Positions 17,280 to 31,302 of a stretch of 64,000 nucleotides of DNA are shown piece by piece (the first letter of the stretch is position 1; each line of letters begins with the position of its first letter). The notes beneath the pieces are model-generated. The model was given only the letters and a program-made list of their open reading frames with translations. It had not been told where the DNA came from and did no database searches. Source of the stretch: the human T2T-CHM13v2.0 reference genome, Homo sapiens; the NCBI RefSeq assembly GCF_009914755.1, contig NC_060942.1; one strand, 5' to 3'. The translations under genes and the position numbers were made by a program.

Positions 17280-20039
17280 CAGTGTTTCTCAAAGTAGGAT
17301 ATTTTGGGATCACCTGACGAAGCTGTTAAAATGCTGTACCAAAAACCCTAAAAAAAAAAACTGGATATAGAAGGAACATACCTCAACACAATAAAAGCCA
17401 TATATGATAGACCCACAGATAGTATCATACATAATGAGGAAATTCTGAAAGCCTTTCCTCTAAGATCTGGAACAAGACAAGGATGCCCACATTCCCCACT
17501 GTTATTCAAGATGGTACTGGAAGTCCCAGCTAGCTAATCAGATAAGAGGAAGAAATAAAAGCATCCAATTTGGAAAGGAAAAAGTCATAATTGTTCTTAT
17601 TTGCAGATGATATGATCTTATATTTGGAAAAACCTAAAGACTGCACCAAAAAATTGAGAGCTGACAAACAAGTTCAATAAACTTACAGAATATAAAAATC
17701 AACATACAAAAATCAGTAGCATTTCTATATGGCCAACAGCAAACAATGTGAAAAAGAAAACAAGAAAGTGATCACATTTATAACAGTTACAAACAAAACA
17801 AAATAACTAGGAATTAACCAAAAATGTGAAAGATCTCTACAATGAAAACTATAAAACATTGATGGAAAAAATTGATGCAATAAAATAAAAAGATATTCCA
17901 TATTCAGGAATTAGAAGAATCAATATTGTTAAAATGTCCTTACTACCCAAAGCAATCTACAGATTCAGTGCAATCCATATAAAAATAGTAATGACATTCT
18001 TCACAGAAGTAGAAAAAAAAAAAAGCCCTAAGATTTATATGGAACCACAAAAGACCCAGAATGACCACAGTCATCCTGAGCAAGAAGTACAAAACTGGAG
18101 GAATCACATTACCTCACTTCGAATTATACTACAGAGCTCTAGTAACCAAAACAGTATGGTACTGGCATAAAAACAGACACACAGACCAATGGAACAGAAT
18201 AGGGAAGCCAGTAATTCATACATCTACAGTGAACTTGCTTTTGACAAAGGTGCTAAGAACATACACATGGGAAAGGACAGTCTCTTCAATAAATGGTGCT
18301 GGGAAAACTGGATATCCATACGCAGAAGATTAACACTAGACCCCTATCTCTCACCACACACAACAATAAATCAAAATGAATTAAAGACTTAAAGACCTCA
18401 AACTGTGAAACTACTGCAAGAAAACATTGGGAAAAATCTCCAGGACATTGGTCTGGGCAAAGATTTCTTGCATAATACCCCACAAGCACAGACAACCAAT
18501 GCAACCTAGCACCATTTATTGAAGAGACTGTCCTTTCCCCCCTTTTATGCCTCTGGTTGCACTTGAATAAAACTAGACCTCTATTTCTCTCCATTTACAA
18601 ACATCAAATCAAAATGGATTAAAGACTTAAATCTAAGACCTCAAGCTATAAAACTACTAAAAGAAAACATTGGGAAAAATCTCCAGGACATTGGTCTGGG
18701 CAAAGATTTCTTGGGTAATACCTGAAAAGCACAGACGACCAAAGCAAAAATGAGCAAATGGAATCACATCAGATTGAAACGCTTCTGAACGGCAAAGGAA
18801 ACAATTAGCAAAGTAAAGAGACAATTCACAGAATGGGAAAAAATACTTGCAGACCATCCATCTGACAAGGAATTAATAATCAGGATATATAAGGAGTTCA
18901 AACAATTCAATAGGAAAAAAAATCTAATAATCTGGTTAAAAATTTGGTCAAGATCTGAATAGACATGTCTCAAAAGAAGACATACAAATGGCAAACAGGC
19001 ATATGCAAAAGTGCTTAGCATAATTTATCACCAGAGAAATGCGAATCAAAACTACAAATTATCTCACCCCAGCTGAAGTGGCTTTTATCCAAACAAAGGC
19101 AATAAAAAGTGCTAGCAAGGATGTGGAGAAAAGGGAACCCTTGTACACTGCTGGTGGGAATGTCAATTAGCACAACCCCTATGGAAAACAGTACGGAGGT
19201 TCCTCAAAAAAACTAAAAATAGAGCTACCATACGATCCAGCAATCCCACTCCTAGGTATATATCCAGAAAAAAAGGAAAGAAGTATATCGAAGAGATCTG
19301 AACATTCATGTTTACTGCGGCACTCTTCACAATAGCCAAGATTTGGAAGCAACCTAAGTGTCCATTAACAGATGAATGGATAAAGAAAATGTGGTACTTA
19401 CACACAATGGTACTATTCAACCATAAAAAAGAATGAGATCCTGCCATTTGCAGCAACATGGATGGAACTGGAGGTCATTATGTTAAGTGAAATAAACCAG
19501 TCACAGAAAGACACACTTTGCATATTCTCACTCACATGTGGAGGCTAAAAATTTTAAAAACTGACTCATGGAGATGGAGAGTGGAATGATGGTTATCAGA
19601 GGCTAGGATGGGTAGTGGGGTGGGGAAAATATTAATAGAATGAATAAAATCTAGAGTTGATAGCACAACAGGGTGACTACAGTCAACAATAATTTACTGT
19701 ACAGTTTAAAATAACTACAAGAGTAGAACTGAAATGTTTATAACACAAAGAAATGATAAATGCTTGAGGTGATGGATACCCATTTAACCTGATGTGATTA
19801 TTATGCATTGCACTGCATGTCTGAATCAAAATATCTCATGTACCCCATACATATATATACCTACTATGTACCCACAAAAATTAAAAATGAAAAAAATGTT
19901 TAAATGACATTCCACATCCCATCTCTAGGTATTCTGTGTTCCTAAGTCTGGGTGAGGTTCAGGGGTAAGCATTTTTCAAATGTCCCTCTGGTCCCCAAGC
20001 TCCGTGATTCTCAGGCTACCATAGCTTGGAAAGCACTGA
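17280..20039. mobile_element. MER5-type DNA transposon split by the L1 (halves about 17280-17336 and 19900-20039)
   Basis: cagtgtttctcaaagt...atcacctg...gctgttaaaatg on the left; ...cttggaaagcactga on the right. Confidence 0.62.
17340..19895 (+). mobile_element. L1MA/L1PB-type LINE (degenerate ORF2 3' part plus 3'UTR), internally rearranged
   Basis: ORF2-like peptides ([14 protein letters not shown]; [18 protein letters not shown]; FNKWCWENW) and 3' end tgtacccacaaaaattaaaa. Confidence 0.92.
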
Positions 20040-20047
20040 TTAGCTCA

Positions 20048-20341
<294 letters not shown>

Positions 20342-20519
20342 AAACAGAGTTGGAAATATTCTCATTAGGCCTAGAACATTTCTACTTTCTCATTAGAATT
20401 GAGGGGAAGGGGGGGATATATGTGAAAGTAAGGGCTACCACATGTAGACAAGCTATAATGTGGGTATCTTATTCATTTGATGGAGGCTCACATAGAGCAT
20501 CTGCCACCCAAAGGAGATG

Positions 20520-20630
20520 TGGTTACTATTATGCTAATACGAGAAACAAAGATACTCATGCACAGAGAGGTTAAGTAATTTACCCAATGCCTACAGCGCC
20601 TAGTAAGTAGCTGAGCAATGTTTTGATAGA
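20520..20630 (-). mobile_element. MIR fragment
   Basis: gcacagagaggttaagtaatttacccaa...agtaagtagctgagc. Confidence 0.65.
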
Positions 20631-20849
20631 GACCCAATTGGCCCTGTGGAGATGGGAGGGGTACTTTGTCTACTTTAGCAAGAACAGAGAGTAGATGCTT
20701 AATAACAGTACTTGTTTAATGACTGAACAAACGCAGGAAAGAACTACCCGGGAATGTACCGCTCTGCAATTCCATCAGTTCCCTCCATGGGAGACACACG
20801 GTGGCTCCACCTGCCCAGGATTATGTGATATGAAGTGCTTCTCCTCGTG

Positions 20850-20990
20850 GGCTCCTTGTTAAAATGCCAATTCTCAGACCCGGGCCATGGACATTCCGGG
20901 TTCCCAAGTCAGGTGGGGCCCAGGGATAAGCATTTATTTTTGATCAGCACCTCAGGTAACTCCTGTCTTCACCATAGTTTGAAAAACACT
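20850..20990. mobile_element. MER5-type fragment
   Basis: ttgttaaaatgccaattctcag...ggtggggcccaggga...agtttgaaaaacactg. Confidence 0.62.
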
Positions 20991-22094
20991 GGTGGGCAGG
21001 TCCCTAGGCTGGAGGAGCCCACGTTTCCGCCTCCCTGCCTGCCCTCCGGGGGTGCACTCTCCTCACACAGCTGCTCCCATGAGCCCACTACAGGATCCTG
21101 GAGGCTCTGAGGGATGTGGAAGGTATTTCTCCAGAATATGCCTTGCTGGCAGCTCTTGGCAGACATGCCATCGAGAGAAATCTCAGCCCCAGAAGAGCAA
21201 GTGTGGCTTTTCCTGGCAGAGAGGCAGCAACACCCAAGGAACACAGTGGCAGGATGGGGCAGTCGTCATGAACATGGCACATGGAGCATGGTTGAGGGCT
21301 CAGAGACAGAAGCCCAGGGTAACAGGTACCCTGGGTGCGTCAGTGGCAGCACAGAGATGAAACACAGTTCTGACGCACTGGGATTCACTTATTTTTCCTG
21401 TGTTCTCTTTTCTTCTGGTACTTCGGAGCCCACTGTGACACCTGCAGCCTCGCCCTCTCCTGTTGGAATCATGTGGGGATCTTCTAAAGCACTAACACTG
21501 GGCCCTGCCCCAGAACCCCTGGAATCTCCTGGGGCGGGGCTGAAGGTGGCAGAACATGCAGGCAGCTCGCTCCCCGGTGGGTTTTTATTTCTGTTGGAGT
21601 TCAGAATAACCCGTCTGTGCCCCCAGTTACTACAAGGATGAGAGATTGTACAGCCCAAACTGCACCTGAACCACGCAAGCTGTGAGGACCTCACCTCGCA
21701 GAGGCTTCCAGAGCCAAGTACAGTTCCAATCTGTGTCTACCCGCAGGCTTCACCCAAGCCCTCTCAGCTTCTCATATCTCTCTGGAGAGACACTTTCTTC
21801 TTTCTAGTCAGCTTTGGGTCAAATATGTGTTTGTTCCCCAGTTTGGAGCCTCAAGACTTGCCTACAAAAATGCATCTGCAAATCCTTTGTTTAAAAAACG
21901 CATTAGGCTGCCCTTTCCCTGAAGCCAAGGTTGCCCTTGTCAACACAGGCTTGGCCCTGGACCACATTCCTCCTAATCCTTGTCTTTGTTGCTTTTCTAC
22001 AGACCTCAAAACTTTTCCATGCAGTAGAAGAGCAGAATAGGAGAGTGATTTAGAATACAGGCTTCAGAATTAGAGTTTTAAACATTTTAAGCTA

Positions 22095-22318
22095 ATTTCT
22101 GTTTTTATTTTTTATGGGTAAGTGTATATGGGGCACAGGTGATGTTTTGATACAGACATGCAATGTGTAACAATCACATCAGGGTAAGTGGGGTGTCCAT
22201 CACCTACAGCGTTGATCAGTTCCTTGTGTTAGGAACATTCCATTTCCACTCTCAGTTATTTTAAAATATGCAGTACATTATCGTTGACTGTAGTCATTCT
22301 GTTGTGCTGTCAAATACT
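22095..22318 (-). mobile_element. L1MA-type 3' fragment inserted into a MIR
   Basis: ttttgatacagacatgcaatgtgtaacaatcacatcagggtaa; flanked by ttagagt. Confidence 0.78.
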
Positions 22319-22520
22319 TAGAGTCAGATTTGAATTCAAACTCTGGCTTTGCCATCTCTATCCTGTGACTTGGAGCAAATCACTTATCTACACCTCAATT
22401 TTCCTGTCTTTAGAATGGGCATAATAAAGTAGACCACACCTTATGGAGTTGTTGGGAGGATTAAATGAAGTAACTAGCACCCGACAATACTATGTGCTCA
22501 ATACACCTTAGCTATTACAA
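22319..22520 (+). mobile_element. MIR
   Basis: tgaattcaaactctggc...tgtgacttggagcaaatcactta...gttgttgggaggattaaatga. Confidence 0.78.
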
Positions 22521-22964
22521 CTATGATATTATCACTATTAGCCCAGCCCCACTCTGTGATGCAGGTGCCGGCTTCCCCTTTAATCCCTCATGATGGAGTC
22601 ACAGAGTCTTTTTGGGAGAATGCAACAGAATGTGATTGAATCCCTGCTGGGTGTCAGGCACTTGACACCCACAGCCTGTTTTAACACCTCTCTGATTTCA
22701 TGAGGTAGGTATCATGTAAGCAACTGTAGGAAGAAGAAGCCAAAGCCGCAGGAGGCTAGATCAGAGAGGAAGCCTGGCCTGTCTGAACTCCAAAGCCCTT
22801 CCCTTTCCACAAGGCCAGGCTTCCTAGAAAAGGCAGGGTGCCTAGAACACCAGCCTCAGAAAGGCTCTTCCTTTAAGTTTCTTCCCCGCTAGCTTTCACA
22901 AGAAACTCCAGTGCCCTTTTCCCACACCTGCCTCCATCACTCTCACTTTCACAAGGGCGTGATC

Positions 22965-23315
22965 ATAAGCTTTTGTTTTGTTTGTGTCCTCCAAAATTCT
23001 TAGGTTGAAGCCAAACTCCCCATGTGAAGGTATTAAGAAGTCGGGCCTTTGAGGGGCGATTAGGTCACAAGGGAGAAGCCCTCATGAAAGGGATCTGTGC
23101 CCTTATGAAAGGGACCCAGAGAGCTCTTTCACCCCTCCATCATGTGAGGACACATCTAGAAGGTACTATCTGTGAACCAGGAAGAGGGCCCTTGCCAGGC
23201 ACCGACTCTGTTGGCACCTCGATCTTGGACTCTCCAGCCTCCAGAATTATGAGAAATAAATGTTTGTTGTTTAAGCCCCCAACCTACAGTATATTATTAT
23301 AACAGCCCAAACAGT
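22965..23315 (+). mobile_element. MLT1A-type MaLR solo LTR
   Basis: tttgtgtcctccaaaattc...gccctcatga...gactctccagcctccagaattatgagaaataaatgtttgttgtttaagcc. Confidence 0.85.
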
Positions 23316-23564
23316 CTTTGCAGCTCTCCTAGGTTAAAGGCCTCTCCAATGACCTCATTTTTTTTTTTTTTGGTAAGGAGGTGGAAAACACAGGATGAGA
23401 AAGAGACATTCCATATTTAGAATACTGAACAAGAAGCCACAGAAGAGTGTTTGTTGTCAAATACAAAACAGATCTTTCTGTAAAGACAGAGAAACTTTCC
23501 AGATATCTTTTCTCTATTTTTCCAGCATTCTTTACACCATCATTTCATTAAAATATGCACATAA

Positions 23565-23906
<342 letters not shown>

Positions 23907-25825
23907 TGAGTTCTTACATTGATCATTTAAATTTCGAGTAATTTGTACTAAAGTCCAACTCTGACTCACAGTACTTTTGCAAATGCTCGATTGCAAAGAT
24001 CGGATGAAAGTTTTTATAGTAATGTCCTTTGTGAAAAATGTTTGCTCACTCTGACAGAGTAATATCAGTGTCAGAAACTAATGTAAACAGGTCCAAATAA
24101 GCCTATGTCGCTTATGCTTTTTTTCCTTCCTGTGACTTTATGAACAGTTTGTGATGATTCCCCCAGGTACTGGATTACATGAGCAAAGTACCACAAAATG
24201 GAATAAAGTTACTCTCGACACACTTAGTTATGCTCCAGGATCACTCCCCTTATCTCCTATTTAAGAGTTGGGAGTTAGATCAACTCTTCCCCCTTGACTG
24301 ATGATTCCTGGAATTTATAATGCTGACTCTCAGTAGTGAGTAGACTCCTGTCTAAGCAAACAATCCCATCCTGAGCTTATTGGCTCACTTATTTGAAGGC
24401 TTGTGGATCTATTTCAAATCATGAATATTTTTGAGATGAAAAAAATGTTAGCAATTGCTGACCTCTCCCTCTCCACTCCTGTCTCCTCCCCATCCCTACC
24501 CAATACCTCCCCACTTTGCTAGCCCGGCTGTAACTTGCTCAAGGTCACTTACTATATTGAGGAAAGGAGCTACAACTAGAAACCAGATCACTTGCAACTG
24601 TTTAATGTGAAGCTATTGTTAATTCCATTACTTTGTGGCTAATTACTAGGTTAAGGTAATGAGGTATATGATGTCAAACATATAAAGTCACACCATAGGC
24701 CATGTCCTATAATAGTTGGTCAAGAAATCCTGGCTACAACGATATCATTATTATGACAATGTATAACATAAACTTGTCTTATGCCTAGGTCAGAGCTTAA
24801 TACCATATTGATGGCATTGGCAAACAAGAGGATACAAGTGTCCTCTTTAAGATGGAATAGAACCTCAATCCTGCTCAAGTGAACTGGATCTCTTAAGGGG
24901 AGGTAATATCTGCACAGGTTGGGAGGATTTGGAGTGGTGGTTGGGAACATGTACAGAATTTACAACATTGTTTTATGTTCCATTATTAATATTTGGTTTT
25001 TTGCCAAGAAAAATGTATTTATTTCATCTTGGTAATATGATCAAAGGAAGGGGAAGGGCCACTGAGGATACTCACAACTGTGGTTTGGTTTCAGCAAAAC
25101 ACACATTCTTCTATTGTGGGGTATAATCACTCTTACACACTCATAACCTGTATGTTAGTTTCTTAGGCAAAGAAACACTCTTCGCACAGGGATTGCTCAC
25201 AACTCTTTCCATGCCAAGAAGCATGTGAGGAGGAGGGGATGGTGTGCACTCCTGTTGTGGACGGTAACAGAACCTGGAAATCAATGCTTTGAGGGGATTT
25301 TATTTTGACAGCTTTCACTAACTTTGTTTTTATACTTTCCTAAGTCTAGAATGAGAAGAGCCTTTAAGTTCTCACTGATCCTCAAGGGAAGAAAAGAAGT
25401 CCCCTGTGAGGGGAACACAGCATCTTCTGAGAATACCTTTTCCAACTGCAGCCATCTTGCCTCTCTCACCTTCCATACCACAGTGCTGATCCAGGTACCT
25501 GTAGAGTGCTCCATCACGCTGGACTCGCTGGAATGGGGGTAATGAGGATGACCCATCCTTACCACCATGCACATCCTTTAGAATGTTGGGGCCAGCAAGA
25601 AAGCTTGAGAACCACTGGTAGATGGTATCAATATCTCTTCCCAATCCAAAATTCTATGGTACAATCTATGTAAGAAAAGGCCTAAAATCTAACTGTGGGT
25701 GGACAGAACAGAATTAATTTTTACATATGAATGAAAACAAAGACATACCATCAAAAAGGCATGGGTAGTCAGATATCCTCACAAAGCAATGTTTGTGTTC
25801 CCAACCATTTTATAAAATTTCCTCA

Positions 25826-26174
<349 letters not shown>

Positions 26175-29100
26175 TAGAACTGTCTTTAAAGTATCTTTAA
26201 GGTATCTTTCCAGCAAGTTTCTCTCCATTTCTTGTGGCATCCCATCCTATAATACTGTCTTTTACAATAAGTTTTTGCTAGTTCGGCTTCCAATTCCTTT
26301 TCCCACCCTACCCCCTGCCTTGCATCATATGGAAAACACAGCCAATGTTTAACCATCTTTTTTTTATTGGTTTCTTACTTATGCTTTAAACATGTTTCCA
26401 TGCCAAACCCATAGATATTTTATTTTGTGTGTGAGCAAATTGTAATCTGATAGATTTCACACTACATTGTTTTTTCAACCTTGGAAAAACTTTGCACTGA
26501 GTCCCCTGGGCTCTGCATCATGCTTCTGAAGCTTTTGGGGGCACAAACATGTCTTAACTATTTGCCAATTTACTGTAATTGGGCTTCATATTATGTTTGC
26601 AGGATACTGCCTTATAATAAAAAGCAATCTGTTCATAGGACAATTTTGCATCAGGTGCAGGGTGTGCTGTATTCAGAACTATGATTGGTGGTGGACAAAT
26701 AGAGGCCACATGGAAGGGGCTTACATTTAATTATCACAGGCATTCTTTCTCTGATGTCATCTGTAGGGTTCATAAGGGAATGTTTATATTCTATGAGTGT
26801 TGCAAATTTATGGCCTCTTTCCCATGCTTGAACACACTGTCACCTCTGAGAGAAAAGTGAGAAATGAGTCAGAACCAGAACTCCCATGACCAGCTGGTCT
26901 TCCACACTCCTGGGTTACTTCCTATGACAGCAAGACGTAGCTCAACACGTAAGCCAGGCAACCTCCCCTCCCTATCAAGAAGCCCAAGATGAGAGGTCAT
27001 AAATGTAGGCACTTCTATTACCCACAAATATAATTTCCCCTAAATAGCTATAATATAAATATGGGTTTAGATGCCGCATTTTAAAGTCTTACATAGTCAA
27101 TAACCAAAGTTACATAGAAGAGAGGGAGAGTAATGGCAAGTGGAGGGTTCCTCTGATGAGTTACATGTCAACCAACAGCTCTGCAAGGCATCTGCTATTG
27201 TTTCTAGAATATGTAGAGATTTAAGTTTCACATAACTGAAAAAATAGTAAATAGTGAAACTCACAAGTCCCAGTCTGCTGGCCTCAAATCATCCCACTGC
27301 CTTATTTCTCAGACAAAATAATGTGATATTTTTCAAAGTACCAGAAAACTCTAAAGAAAAAGCATTAGTCATGGGATAGTTCCATTACAGGACTCACTTA
27401 TTAATTTGTCCTTTTATTCAGCAAGTATTTGCTGTGTCCTCTGTGTTGGGTTCTACCTGCAGTGGTGGGGATATCCAGATAAATAGGATATCACCCCTGT
27501 CATCAAAGAGCACTGCACTCTAGAGGGAATACTACTCAACCATGGTAGAATGGTTTTTGGCAACTAGCTCTGGTCTGTTAAGCCCTTATGCCGATGATTG
27601 TCAAGCTTTTCCTCCCATAGAATTACTTTGCCAGACCACTTCATGTGCTGGCTGGTGGAGGGAGGAGATGATGGCTGGCCCCATGTCTGGCTTGGCAGTA
27701 AAGCAGCAGGAGTCAACCCTGAAGGGCATGGAGGCTGCTCACTGAACCCAAGAGAAGATCTCAACCCCAGGATAGTAGCTGGCTTTCTGCACTTGCATTT
27801 TAATCTATAGCAAGGACACTAAAGATAAGCCTGTGAATTATTGACCAAGGAGTATCATTTTTTTTTACCAGAAAGCTAAGCAAAAAGACTGGATAATCAA
27901 TTTTTTGGAGGTGTGCTGTAACAGGGAAAGCAATAAATCTTCTGTAAGAGAAGTTGTATGTAAACTTACAGATGCTCAGAAAGAAACAAGCGTATCTAGG
28001 AAAAGAAACAATTGGCTGAGTCTCACAAAAACTTGCATCTTCTCACTTAAAGTACAGGTTAAATGTTTCTGTTTTGGGAGGATAAAGTCTTAACTGTTTG
28101 AAGTTAATTTCATGAAATATAGCTATAACTTTCCAAGAAATATTGTGGTAGCATGACCTGACAAAAAGTATGGGTCAAAAGGATCATTCTTGAGAATTAA
28201 CTTTTTAAGGAATACATAACATATTTTAATGTGTAACATGTACCATGGAAACGTAGCTCAAAGTGAGTTTAGAGAAAGTCAAATACTAACTTTATGAAAA
28301 AATAAATGCATGTTATTAATTTGTTCTATAAGAATTTTTAATTTATTTTTGATGTCATAGAGATAAAATTAATACATAATTTACTTTCATCGAGATGCAT
28401 GCTTGTGCCACGTATGTTAATCACAATGAAATTAAAAGGTTTAGAAGGGTAAAATATTGAATTGGTGGTCACATTAACCGTTCCAAATCCAGTAAATCAT
28501 GAGAATGAACGTTAGAGCTGGTCCTTTTTTATTGAGGGTAGCAATGGAAGGAAGGTGAATACACCATTTTTATATCAACATTAATGTTAAGTATGATTTC
28601 TTCTATAATTTTAAGTGAACCCAGTCTCTCTTGAATAATAGGTGAGAAAAATCTAGCTCAATACAAGTAATCTATTTATAGTAAATATCCAAAATATCCA
28701 CTTTTGACAATAAAAAAAAAAGATTTCAGTCCACCTCTCAGAAAATATGTAATTGGATAATACTGAAATTGAATCAATTAAGTCACTTTAACAGGCATTC
28801 TACATAAATGAATTGGATCTGCTATATGAACTAGACTCATAGCTGTCACTGTGGCCAGATTCTTTCTGACAGTTATATTTGGGGTCTGGAGACCAGATTC
28901 TCCAGAGAAGCAAGAAAAATGTTAGAAAACATGCATTCCTCTTGCCCAGTGAATTTTAATTGAGTGTTCAGATTATTACCCAACTCCTTCCCATCAGTGA
29001 TGACACAGGCACACTAGTTAGATGTGGGATATGAGGAGAGCCATATGCAGTTCCTGATAAAGGAAAGGTTCCTCAATGTGTTTGCCAGCATCGTGATCTG

Positions 29101-29179
29101 AGATGATTTGTAGAGGAAGGGACAGACAACGTTTTGAACTTTTGGCATAACAACAATAAATCCACAGAATTTTATTTCT

Positions 29180-29945
29180 TGTTCAGGTGAGTGACAGGAA
29201 TTAGATTTGCCTTCCTGCTTGGAACAATCAAAAATATATGATACAGTGATTTGGCAGACATTGCATATCAGGCAATGGAGAGCTCAATCTTTGAGATATA
29301 TCAGAGTAGATCTCAATCTTTGAGGGGTGAGAGAAAAACAAGATAATCCCTAAAATTGCTCAAGCTTACTGCATCAAGAGAGTTTTCAGCACTAAATTCC
29401 CTCCCCTGGTGCTGGGAGGGAAACCCAGAAAGAGTTTGGCAAGTTTCATGAGCTGAAAAGATGTAGCTTGTAGTTGAGCCACAGTGGGGGAGGCCAAGGC
29501 AAGCTACATTTTGGAGGCAGCAAGACAGAAGTGACTCATCATGTACAAGAGATCCTCAATAAGATTATAAACTAATTTCTCAGCAGAAAATTTGGAGGCC
29601 AGAAGGCAGTGAGTTGATTTATTCAATGTGAGGAAAGAAAAATAAAACCTGTCAACTGAGAGTTCTGTATCTGGCAAAGCTGTCCTTCAAAATTAAGGGA
29701 GAAATTAAGACATTTCAAAATAAAAGCTGAATGGGGGGCTTGCCCTTCTAGAAATGCTAATGGGACTCCTTCAGGATGAAATGAAAGAAAGCTAGATGGT
29801 AACTTAAAGCCATGTGGAGAAATAAAGATCTCCATTGAAGGTAAATACATGGGCAATTATAAAAGCTAATAGTATTGTAATTTTGGGTTGTAACTCCACT
29901 TATTTTTTTTACAGGATTAAATACACACACACATATATTAATATA
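29180..29945 (+). mobile_element. Ancient L1M 5'/ORF1 fragment
   Basis: tcagcagaaaatttggaggccagaaggcagtg...aacctgtcaactgagagttctgtatctggcaaagctgtccttcaaa. Confidence 0.68.
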
Positions 29946-29948
29946 TAC

Positions 29949-30336
29949 AAGGTTGGTGCAACGCAGGGCGTGGTGGCTCACACCTGTAAGCTGAGCACTT
30001 TGGGAGACGGGTGGATCACTAGGTCAGGAGATCAAGACCATCCTGGCCAACATGGTGAAACTCTGTCTCTACTAAAAATACAAAAATTAGCTGGGCATGG
30101 CGGTGTGCGCCTGTAGTCCCAGGTACTCTGAGGCAGGAGAATTGTCTGCACATTGGAGGTGGAGGCTGCAGTGAGCCGAGATCGCACCATTACATTCCAG
30201 CCTGGGCGACAAAGCGAGACTCCGTCTCAAAAAAAAAAAAAAAAAAAGTTGGTGTGCATTTTTTTATTTTTGTTTTTTATTTTTTTGCCATTACTTTTAA
30301 TGGCATAAAACACAACTGCTTTTGCACCAACCTAAT
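29949..30336. mobile_element. MADE1 (mariner-derived MITE) interrupted by an Alu
   Basis: Left TIR aggttggtgca; right part ttgccattacttttaatggca...cttttgcaccaacctaata. Confidence 0.8.
29964..30247 (+). mobile_element. AluS-type SINE
   Basis: Alu with long poly-A; TSD gttggtg. Confidence 0.92.
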
Positions 30337-30357
30337 ATACATGAATGTACATTTATC

Positions 30358-30798
30358 TGCTATAGTTTGGATGTTTGTCCCCTCCAAATCTCATGTTGAA
30401 ATTTGATCTCAAAGGTTAGAGGTGGTGCCTAATCAGGGGTGTTTGGGTCACGGGAGCAGATCACTCATGAATAGATTAATGCCCTCCCTGAAGGGTTGGG
30501 GAGGGAAAGTGGGTGAGTTCTTGCTCTATTACTTGCCTCGAGAGCCAGTTGTTAAAAATAGCCTGGCACTTTCTCTGTTGTTTTCTTGCTTCTTCTCTCA
30601 CCCTGTGATCTCTAAAAACACTGGCTCCCCTTCAACTTCTGCCATGAGTGGAAGCAGCCTGAGGCCCTCACCAGGAGCAGATGCTGGCACCACACTTCTT
30701 GTACAGCCGGCAGAACTGTGAGCCAAATAAACCCCTTTTCTTGATAAATTTCCCAGCCTCAGGTATTCCTTCATGGCAACATTAAACAGACTAAGACA
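30358..30798 (+). mobile_element. MSTB-type MaLR solo LTR
   Basis: tgctatagtttggatgtttgtcccctccaaatctcatgttgaaat...aaacagactaagaca; near-TSD ttatc/ttatg. Confidence 0.88.
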
Positions 30799-30920
30799 TT
30801 ATGTTGATTGTGATGATGGTTTCAATGGATGTGTTTATGGCAAAACTTATCAAATTGGACACTATAAATATGTGCAGTTTACTGCATATTATTTATACCT
30901 CAATAAAGCTGTTAAGAAAA
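30799..30920 (+). mobile_element. L1M 3' terminal fragment
   Basis: ttgattgtgatgatggtttc...caaaacttatcaaattg...tatacctcaataaagctgtt. Confidence 0.75.
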
Positions 30921-31302
30921 ACTCAACAATGAGTAACAAGCAAGTTTATTAAAACGTTTGTCAAGTTGTCTTAGCAGAAAGCTTTTGTAGCAAATTCTGT
31001 AGGGAAAATTTAAAAGTATCTTGCTTCTCATTTTAAGAGCTAATCTCTTATCCTTGAGTCATGGCTACTTGGAGCTAAAAAGCAGATAAAACAGCAAAAG
31101 TTACTGCATAAGCAACATTCTGAACTTCAACAATCCAAGTAGTTATGAGGCAATATATCTTGGTATATTTATTCTCAAAATACTTCACAAAGCAGCCAAA
31201 TTGGCTTATCTACAATCAAACTGAAAAATTAATGAGGTGTTGCTGCAATAAATCAAAATACAGAACATGGATGAGGATCTTAACTCTTAACAAACAAGAT
31301 GA

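Noticed and set aside
17934-19459. ORFs resembling reverse-transcriptase/ORF2 protein
   Set aside because: Frameshifted, stop-ridden fragments of a dead L1; the same applies to 62241-62634
21114-21641. 175-aa ORF, the longest in the window
   Set aside because: No recognisable domain; overlapping ORFs in several frames point to GC composition as the cause
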